From the NCBI GenBank assembly GCA_016208465.1, contig JACQXZ010000031.1, positions 1 to 57,908 of the forward strand: 57,908 nucleotides of DNA, read 5' to 3'. Shown here one piece after another: positions 35,832 to 42,574 of this stretch. Under the pieces are notes generated by a model. That model was not told the DNA's origin, made no database searches, and saw only the letters and a list, made by a program, of their open reading frames with translations. Within the stretch, counting starts at the first letter, position 1, and each line of letters starts with the position of its first letter. This stretch comes from Actinomycetota bacterium. GTDB lineage: Bacteria > Actinomycetota > Aquicultoria > JACQXZ01. A program made the position numbers and the translations under genes.

Positions 35832-35849
35832 TTAGGGGGGGGTGACAAA

Positions 35850-37655
35850 ATGCTTTATCTAACCCAAGTCTTAAACAAACCCGTTATTGACGCAACGGGA
35901 GAAACTATCGGTCATATTAAAGATCTTGCCATTGCAACCGGAGAAATTTTTCCCCGGGTAACCAGTGTTGTTTTTGAATCACAGGAGAAAAAACCTCTAG
36001 CTTTACCTTGGGATTATGTGGCAAAAATTTCTAATGAAGAAATCAATCTTACAGCAGATAAAAGCAAACTTAATTTCTCTTACATAAAACCAAACGAACT
36101 TCTCTTAAAAAGAGATCTTCTGGACAGCCAGATAGTAGATACTCAAGGATGCAAAGTCGTTAGAGTGAGTGATTTAAAACTTACAGAAGAAAGCGAAAAA
36201 CAGCTTCGGTTAATCGGCGCCGATGTCGGTCTTCGGGGAATTTTAAGAAGACTTGGTCTCGAAAAAGCAGTTACCCTTATCTTAAAACTTTTTCGTTATT
36301 CGTTCCCTGAAAGAATTATTGCATGGAATTATATAAATTTACTCAAAGAAAACCTGTCTGACTTAAAATTAAGCGTTACTCACAAAAAACTTCACGAATT
36401 ACACCCGGCTGATATAGCTGACATATTGACTCAGCTTGATTCTTCTCAGCGGTCAAAAATCTTTCAATATCTCGACAACACAAGGGCGGCGGATGCTATC
36501 TCGGAAGCAGAACCTGAGCTTCAGGCTGTTTTATTTGAAAGCCTTGGCAATCAAAGAGCTTCTGATATTCTTGAAATAATGCCCCCCGATGACGCGGCTG
36601 ACATAATTGCTGATTTGCCCTACGAAAAAGCGGAAACCCTTCTTAATCTTATGGGAGTAAAAGAAGCCGCTGACATTCGCAGGCTTCTTGGTTACCGTGA
36701 AAGCTCCGCAGGCGGAATTATGACCACAGACTTTACTGCCTTTAAGGAAAATCTTACTGTTGAAGAAACAATCAGCACCCTCAGATCAATTGCGCCAGAC
36801 GCAGAAACAATCTATTACATTTATGTTGTAGATAAAGAAAATCACCTAAAAGGAGTTGTTTCGCTCCGCGATCTCGTCATAGCATCTCCGCAAACCCGCA
36901 TTCACGATATAATGCTTCCAGACATAATCTCTGTCGGAGTAGACGAAGACCAGGAAATGGTTGCAAATACAATCACTAAATATGATTTGCTGGCTGTTCC
37001 TGTAATTGATGAACAAAATGTTCTTCTTGGAATAGTAACCGTAGATGATGTTTTGGAAGTTGTGGAAGAAGAAAGCTCCGAAGATATATCAATTGCGACT
37101 GGAAGGTTTTCATTAGAACCTTCGCCCGCTACTTCGCCTTTTGTCTCAATCATAAAAAGAAGTTCATGGCTGACAATCTGGCTGCTTGCCGGAGCGCTTA
37201 CCGGAAGTATTCTTAGGATATATTCAGATTTACTTAAATCAATGATAGCAATTGCCTTTTTTATTCCATTGGTTATTCGTTTAAGCGATGATATAAGCTC
37301 GCAATCAATCGCATTGGTTCTTCAAACAATAAAATCAGGCGAGTCCGACAAGAAAAACCTGTTAAGAAAAATAGCGATTGATGTCGGCGCGGGTATAATA
37401 ATTAGTTTGCTGGCTGGATTTACTGTTGTTTTGTTGGCTTATTTCTGGAATCTTCCGCTCGGCTTAAGCCTTGCAATAGCCTCCTCATTAACCATCACTA
37501 TTATTTTAGCCTCTGCAATTGGCGCTCTTTTGCCTGTTGTTCTCAACCAATTTAATTTAAACTTATCGTTTAGCACAGGACCAATTGTGACAACATTTAT
37601 GGGAGCATTTGGGCTTTTAGTTTATTTAGGAATAGCCGCTTTGTTTAAAACGTAA
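35850..37655 (+). CDS. mgtE: MgtE-family Mg2+ channel with N-terminal PRC-barrel domain
   Basis: The domain order is PRC-barrel-like N-terminus (VIDATGETIGHIKDLAIATGEIFPRVTSVVF), MgtE_N (LHPADIADIL), a CBS pair, then a 5-TM C-terminal domain. I use the ATG at 35850, 7 nt after a G8 run; the track start at 35829 (TTG) lies inside repeat DNA. Confidence 0.88.
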   Translation: MLYLTQVLNKPVIDATGETIGHIKDLAIATGEIFPRVTSVVFESQEKKPLALPWDYVAKISNEEINLTADKSKLNFSYIKPNELLLKRDLLDSQIVDTQGCKVVRVSDLKLTEESEKQLRLIGADVGLRGILRRLGLEKAVTLILKLFRYSFPERIIAWNYINLLKENLSDLKLSVTHKKLHELHPADIADILTQLDSSQRSKIFQYLDNTRAADAISEAEPELQAVLFESLGNQRASDILEIMPPDDAADIIADLPYEKAETLLNLMGVKEAADIRRLLGYRESSAGGIMTTDFTAFKENLTVEETISTLRSIAPDAETIYYIYVVDKENHLKGVVSLRDLVIASPQTRIHDIMLPDIISVGVDEDQEMVANTITKYDLLAVPVIDEQNVLLGIVTVDDVLEVVEEESSEDISIATGRFSLEPSPATSPFVSIIKRSSWLTIWLLAGALTGSILRIYSDLLKSMIAIAFFIPLVIRLSDDISSQSIALVLQTIKSGESDKKNLLRKIAIDVGAGIIISLLAGFTVVLLAYFWNLPLGLSLAIASSLTITIILASAIGALLPVVLNQFNLNLSFSTGPIVTTFMGAFGLLVYLGIAALFKT

Positions 37656-37660
37656 GATGT

Positions 37661-37728
37661 GAAACGTGAGACATAAGTTGCAGGTCACAAAGTCACAAGT
37701 CACAAGTAGGACAGGCGTCTCGCCTGTC
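37661..37728 (+). repeat. GTCACAAG-family fragment followed by the R5 hairpin TAGGACAGGCG-TCT-CGCCTGTC
   Basis: GAAACGTGAGACATAAGTTGCAGGTCACAAAGTCACAAGTCACAAGT (37661-707) is followed by the hairpin at 37707-728, immediately after the mgtE stop. Confidence 0.65.
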
Positions 37729-37777
37729 AAAAAAGAATAATATGAACTACCTCGTAGCAAGCTGCGAGGTATCAGGT

Positions 37778-37858
37778 ATTCAGAATACAGGAGACAGAAG
37801 AAATACAAATAGAAATATAGGGGTTAGTATTTTTCTGAATTCTGACTACTGACTACTG
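37778..37858 (+). repeat. family R4 element, copy 2
   Basis: ATTCAGAATACAGGAGACAGAAGAAATACAAATAGAAATATAGGGGTT...CTGAATTCTGACTACTGACTACTG aligns with 31909-31977. Confidence 0.65.
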
Positions 37859-37968
37859 AATTCCAACAACAAGAAACATAAAGCAATTCCTACGATGCGC
37901 AGCAAGCTGCGGGGAATTGAACCCAAAAGAGATTAAATCATCTGAAACATAGGAGACAGACCAAGAAC

Positions 37969-39219
37969 ATGGAGACAAAAAAAAGATCTTTCAGGATTTC
38001 AAAAAAAAATATCTTGATGTTCTTTGCCATAATGGGACCCGGTATAATAACGGCGAATGTCGACAATGACGCAGGCGGAATTACTACTTACTCTGTTGTC
38101 GGCGCTTCTTATGGTCTTAAAATGCTCTGGATTCTTTTTATAATTACCTTAAGTTTAATTATTACTCAGGAAATGTGCGCAAGAATGGGAGTAATTACAG
38201 GCAAAGGTCTTTCTGATCTGATCAGAGAAAATTTTGGTTTAAAGGTAACTATTTGGGCAATGCTTGTCTTGCTTGTGGCAAATCTTGCCAGCACCGTTGC
38301 AGAGTTTGCAGGAATCGCCGCCAGTATGGAGATTTTCGGAATATACAAATATATTAGTGTTCCAATCGCCGCTATTTTTATTTGGCTTTTGGTGGTAAAG
38401 GGAACTTACAGAAGCGTAGAAAAAATTTTTTTGGCTGCTTGTCTTGTTTATCTTACTTATGTTGTTTCTGCTTTTATGGTTAAACCGCAATGGGGCGAAG
38501 TGATAAAGCAAACATTTACTCCTTCTTTTGAATTCTCTCCGGGCTACATAAACCTTTTTATCGCGACTATTGGCACAACCATTACGCCGTGGATGCAGTT
38601 TTATCTTCAATCATCCGTCAGAGATAAAGGAATCCTTGCCAAAGATTACGTTTATGAAAAAATTGACGTAATAGGAGGAGCAATTTTTACTGACCTGATT
38701 GCCTTTTTCATAATAGTTGCCTGCGCGGCAACTATTTATAAAACAGGAATAAAAATCGAAACCGCAAAGGAAGCAGCGGAAGCGCTAAGACCTTTTGCCG
38801 GAAACTACGCGGAAAAGCTTTTCGCGTTTGGTCTTTTTAACGCTTCAGTTTTTGGGGCAGTAATTCTTCCGCTCTCAACCGCCTATGCGATTACCGAAGC
38901 TTTTGGCTGGGAGTCCGGTGTAGATAAAACCTTCAGAGAAGCCCCTATGTTTATAGGAATATATACAGCCTTAATTATTCTAAGCACAGTTATGGTCTTG
39001 GCGCCAAACGCTCCTCTTATCTCTATAATGGTAATATCTCAGACCCTTAACGGCATCCTTCTTCCTTTTATTCTTATTTTAATGTTATCATTAGTCAACA
39101 ATAAAAGAATTATGGGGGAGCATACAAATTCATTTATCTTTAATGTTATTGCATGGATCACGGTAGTTACAATAATTATTCTCACCATTCTCTTATTGCT
39201 TTCTCCTTTTATTTTTTAA
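37969..39219 (+). CDS. Nramp/SLC11-family transporter, NRMT-like (Nramp-related Mg2+ transporter) by binding-site residues
   Basis: 416 aa with an Nramp fold. The TM1 motif reads DNDAGG where MntH has DPGN (Asn to Gly). TM6 reads TITPWM where MntH has VMPH (Met to Thr, His to Trp). Confidence 0.85.
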   Translation: METKKRSFRISKKNILMFFAIMGPGIITANVDNDAGGITTYSVVGASYGLKMLWILFIITLSLIITQEMCARMGVITGKGLSDLIRENFGLKVTIWAMLVLLVANLASTVAEFAGIAASMEIFGIYKYISVPIAAIFIWLLVVKGTYRSVEKIFLAACLVYLTYVVSAFMVKPQWGEVIKQTFTPSFEFSPGYINLFIATIGTTITPWMQFYLQSSVRDKGILAKDYVYEKIDVIGGAIFTDLIAFFIIVACAATIYKTGIKIETAKEAAEALRPFAGNYAEKLFAFGLFNASVFGAVILPLSTAYAITEAFGWESGVDKTFREAPMFIGIYTALIILSTVMVLAPNAPLISIMVISQTLNGILLPFILILMLSLVNNKRIMGEHTNSFIFNVIAWITVVTIIILTILLLLSPFIF

Positions 39220-39255
39220 AAATTAACCCAAAGACACGTCGGAGAAGCTTATTTA

Positions 39256-39831
39256 ATGAAAGAAAAACAAAAAATCCGCCAAAAGATGATTTCACTTAGA
39301 AACAATCTAAGCCGCGAAGAAGTGCTTCTAAAAAGCAATCTGATAAAAGACGCGCTTATTCAAATGCCCGAGCTTAAAAACGCGGAATGGATAATGCTTT
39401 ATGTTTCTTTCGACAACGAAGTCAGAACAGACCAAATAGCCAAAGAATTATTTGGTCTTAAGAAGAAAGTGCTCGTTCCCGCAATCATCAAAAAACCAAA
39501 AGGATTAATAGCCTGCCAAGTTTTTGATTTCGAAAAAGATCTAAAAGCCGGATTTTTTGGAATAAAAGAACCAACAGAAGAATTAAAAACTCCTTTTGAC
39601 CCCCAAAAAATAGACGTAATTATTGTTCCCGGGATCGCGTTTGATATTAGAGGTAACCGAGTTGGTTTTGGCGGGGGCTACTATGATCTTTTTCTAAAAA
39701 AACTTAACAGGAAAACAATCTCTATTGCCCTTGCTTATGATTTTCAGGTTTTAAAAAATATACCTTCGCAAAAAAATGATGTTCCTGTGGACATAATTGT
39801 CTCGGAAAAACAAATAATAAGAATTCATTAA
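39256..39831 (+). CDS. 5-formyltetrahydrofolate cyclo-ligase
   Basis: IDVIIVPGIAFDIRGNRVGFGGGYYD is the family signature. 191 aa. Confidence 0.87.
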   Translation: MKEKQKIRQKMISLRNNLSREEVLLKSNLIKDALIQMPELKNAEWIMLYVSFDNEVRTDQIAKELFGLKKKVLVPAIIKKPKGLIACQVFDFEKDLKAGFFGIKEPTEELKTPFDPQKIDVIIVPGIAFDIRGNRVGFGGGYYDLFLKKLNRKTISIALAYDFQVLKNIPSQKNDVPVDIIVSEKQIIRIH

Positions 39832-40931
39832 AGTTTTTCAAATAACTGGTCAAGAGAAACAAACTGAAACCCACGAGATCTCAGTGAATTAATAATTAAA
39901 GGCAGTGCGCTAACAGTAGATTTTTGATTTCCTCCGCCATCATGCAAAACAATAACTGCTCCCGGCCTGACATTTTTAATAATTCTATTAACGATTGCAG
40001 AAGGCGTTGTTTTTTTGTAATCGCTTGGATCAACTGCTGCCAAAACAATTTGATAATTAAGCGCCGAGGAAATTTTAACCACGTCTGAATTAATTTGCAG
40101 CTCAGGAGGACGAAACCATTTTGGCTTTATCCCTGTCGCCCGGATTACAATATCTTCTGTTTTTTCAAGCTCGTCAATAATTGAAAGCGCATCTGTTTCT
40201 GTTAATTTTGCATGAGAATAAGTATGGTTTCCTATTGTAAACCCAAGAGAAACAATTTGTCTTGCTATGTCCTGATGTCGGCGCACTGCTTTTCCTATTA
40301 CAAAAAATGTTGCCGGAACATTGTATTGCTTTAAAATCGAGACTACCTCTATTGTGTATCTTCCCGGTCCATCATCAAATGTAAGCGCTACCCCGTTTTC
40401 CCTTGAATCTGTCCTCTTAACAAAGGCTGTTGTCGATTGTTTTATTGTTTTTTCTTCAACGATTTTCAAACTTTCTTTTCCTCTGAAAATTAACTTTTTT
40501 CCGTCTTCTCCGCTTGAAGTAAAAACCAAAAAAGCGCCTCTGCCGGAAACGTTAATCTCTTTCGAAACAACCCCTTCTTGTTTTATTATCTCTTCTATTT
40601 TAGGATTGCCTTTTTTTAAAAAAACTTCATCGCCAAGATAAACTTTACTTTTAAATGAAGCGGGCTCTCCATTAACAATTATTTTAGGAGCAAACCCTCT
40701 TCTTTTTTTAACCAGATTACCTTCTGTATCCAAAAGATCCCCTCTGGACAAATTGAAATTTATCTGTTCTGCCAAGTTTTTTATCGTAATGCCATTTGGA
40801 ATAAAAACCTCCTTGTTGTTAACCAAAATTTGATTATATGGATAATGACGATAAAAAAATACCATCATAACTATTTGAAAAATCAAGATAAACAAATAAT
40901 ATTTTTCTGCACTTAAAAATCTTTTTACCAC
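39828..40931 (-). CDS. membrane-anchored polysaccharide deacetylase (NodB homology domain)
   Basis: LTFDDGPG...ATFFVIG...GNHTYSHAKL...FRPP are the NodB motifs. It has an N-terminal TM plus a ~170-aa extra domain. The start is GTG with AGGAG 7 nt upstream. Confidence 0.87.
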   Translation of the reverse strand: MVKRFLSAEKYYLFILIFQIVMMVFFYRHYPYNQILVNNKEVFIPNGITIKNLAEQINFNLSRGDLLDTEGNLVKKRRGFAPKIIVNGEPASFKSKVYLGDEVFLKKGNPKIEEIIKQEGVVSKEINVSGRGAFLVFTSSGEDGKKLIFRGKESLKIVEEKTIKQSTTAFVKRTDSRENGVALTFDDGPGRYTIEVVSILKQYNVPATFFVIGKAVRRHQDIARQIVSLGFTIGNHTYSHAKLTETDALSIIDELEKTEDIVIRATGIKPKWFRPPELQINSDVVKISSALNYQIVLAAVDPSDYKKTTPSAIVNRIIKNVRPGAVIVLHDGGGNQKSTVSALPLIINSLRSRGFQFVSLDQLFEKL

Positions 40932-40984
40932 AATTTATCTCCTGTTGAAACTGAAGAACAACCCTCAAGGGACCGTTGAAAAAA

Positions 40985-41105
40985 CCCTGATCCGAACAAG
41001 TCGGGACCGAAAGTCACAAGTTGCAAGTCACAAGTTAAAAATTTCTTCACTTGTGACTTGTGTCCTTGTGACTTTGTGACCCATCCTATATGTTCTGCCA
41101 AAAAA
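40985..41105 (+). repeat. GTCACAAG palindromic element (family R1), full copy
   Basis: CCCTGATCCGAACAAGTCGGGACCGAAAGTCACAAGTTGCAAGTCACAAGTTAAAAATTTCTTCACTTGTGACTTGTGTCCTTGTGACTTTGTGACCCATCCTATATGTTCTGCCAAAAAA lies in the divergent deacetylase/nrdR spacer. Confidence 0.8.
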
Positions 41106-41162
41106 CAAGAATTTGACAACTAAGAGACTAAGGCATGCGCTTCCTTTGCCGTCATTTAACCC

Positions 41163-41230
41163 TTGAACATAGAGACTATTTTATATATATTGTAAAATGT
41201 TATCATCTTTTAAAAAATAACATTTTACAA
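41163..41230 (+). promoter_or_regulatory. candidate nrdR promoter plus perfect 14-bp inverted repeat in the leader
   Basis: The promoter reads TTGAAC (41163-68), a 17-nt spacer, then TATATT (41186-91). The inverted repeat is TTGTAAAATGTTAT (41190-203), 13 nt, then ATAACATTTTACAA (41217-230). It ends 12 nt before the nrdR ATG. Confidence 0.45.
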
Positions 41231-41242
41231 GCAGAGGTCGTT

Positions 41243-41716
41243 ATGAAGTGTCCTTTTTGCCAAAATCCAGACACAAAAGTCGTAGATTCCCGTTCATCGG
41301 AATCAAATGACGCAACGAGACGAAGAAGAGAGTGTCTGATCTGCGGCCAAAGATTTACTACTTATGAACGAATAGAAGAAATTTCACTGGTCGTTATAAA
41401 AAAGAATGGCGAACGAGAAATTTTTAATCCTTCCAAGCTGTTAAACGGGCTTATGAGGGCATGTGAAAAAAGAAATATTTCTATTGAAAAATTAAAAAGC
41501 CTTGTTGCGGACATAGAAAACGAATTAAGAAATCAATTCAAATATGAAGTCCCTTCTAAAAAAATAGGAGAGATGGCTCTTAAAAGACTAAAAGATATTG
41601 ATAAGGTCGCTTATGTGCGTTTTGCTTCTGTTTACCGCCATTTTGAAAATTTAGACCAATTCAACCGCGAACTCGAAAAACTTCAGGAAAACTTCCAGAA
41701 AGAAACCGACTCATAA
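41243..41716 (+). CDS. nrdR: transcriptional repressor NrdR
   Basis: MKCPFCQNPDTKVVDSR...RRRECLICGQRFTTYE is the zinc ribbon, followed by an ATP-cone. I use the ATG at 41243 (AGAGG upstream). The track N-terminal extension from 41135 is unsupported. Confidence 0.93.
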   Translation: MKCPFCQNPDTKVVDSRSSESNDATRRRRECLICGQRFTTYERIEEISLVVIKKNGEREIFNPSKLLNGLMRACEKRNISIEKLKSLVADIENELRNQFKYEVPSKKIGEMALKRLKDIDKVAYVRFASVYRHFENLDQFNRELEKLQENFQKETDS

Positions 41717-42316
41717 CTATAATGGAACTGGCGCCTGAACTGGAATTTTTAAATTTTCCAAAACCGATTGAAAATTAACCTGTCGGACAACCGATTTAAA
41801 ATCAAGCCTTACGAGTGAATGAGTAGAATTGCTTCTTAGTATACGAAAACCATTTCTTAAATAAAAATCAACTGTTCCCGAAGGATTTTCTTTGTTGTTC
41901 CGGCCGGCATATGTTTCCAGCGCCCGATAATTTCTTTTGTATAAATCGTGCTCTATTGACTGAAGAAGAATTTTTCCCAAACCTCTTCCGCGCACACTGG
42001 GAACGACGTAAAGACAAGACAAAAATACTGCGTCGTCGCTTGGTTTGCCAATAGAATAAAACTTTATTTGAGGAAAATATAGCGGTGGAGCATACTGGGT
42101 ATAAGCAAGAACTTCATTGTCCTGATAAAAAATCCTGCCGCAGGTTCCCCATTCCATCAATGTCGTGCTAAACCATTCCTCTTTGAGAATCGCCTGTCTT
42201 TTTCCGCCAGCTCCCATTTTCGCCTTTTCACCAGATTCCCAATAAAGACAACCAGAGCACTTCTGTGGAATGTCTTTTAAGTTGCCCATTGTCATTGGAA
42301 CAATTCGACGCGCCAT
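41717..42316 (-). CDS. GNAT-family N-acetyltransferase
   Basis: It has the acetyl-CoA motif VPSVRGRGLGKILL. I use the ATG at 42316, because the track start at 42382 reads through an R1 repeat (MKKFLTCNCDFQ...). The stop codon abuts the nrdR stop with 0-nt spacing. Confidence 0.72.
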   Translation of the reverse strand: MARRIVPMTMGNLKDIPQKCSGCLYWESGEKAKMGAGGKRQAILKEEWFSTTLMEWGTCGRIFYQDNEVLAYTQYAPPLYFPQIKFYSIGKPSDDAVFLSCLYVVPSVRGRGLGKILLQSIEHDLYKRNYRALETYAGRNNKENPSGTVDFYLRNGFRILRSNSTHSLVRLDFKSVVRQVNFQSVLENLKIPVQAPVPL

Positions 42317-42330
42317 AAGCCAATCTTTCT

Positions 42331-42415
42331 CCCCGAAACGTCGGAACTGAAAGTCACAATTGCAGGTTAAAAATTTCTTCACTTGTGACTTGTGTCCTTG
42401 TGACTTTGTGACTTA
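42331..42415 (+). repeat. GTCACAAG palindromic element (family R1), 5'-degenerate copy
   Basis: CCCCGAAACGTCGGAACTGAAAGTCACAATTGCAGGTTAAAAATTTCTTCACTTGTGACTTGTGTCCTTGTGACTTTGTGAC. Confidence 0.72.
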
Positions 42416-42574
42416 CCTTAATGTGGTTTGACTTTCTATTTGCTCTGTCTTATTATAGCTTTAATTTTATATAAAAAAAAGCAATTAAAAATATTTTCTT
42501 GGTTAGACCTTCAAACCTTGATTGCTCTGATGAACAAAACTTCCCTCTTTTACTAAGACAAGGTGAAAACAAAA

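Noticed and set aside
40925-41119. ORFs 40925..41119 (-) and 49637..49861 (+), encoding ...VTKSQGHKSQVKKFLTCDLQLVT... type peptides.
   Set aside because: These are translations of the R1 GTCACAAG element in different strands and frames at different copies. A real gene would keep one frame and strand. No SD is present.
41176-41203. An NrdR box upstream of nrdR.
   Set aside because: TATATATATTGTAAAA matches only the right half of the 16-bp NrdR-box palindrome as I remember it. No second box is present at the usual ~31-bp phasing.
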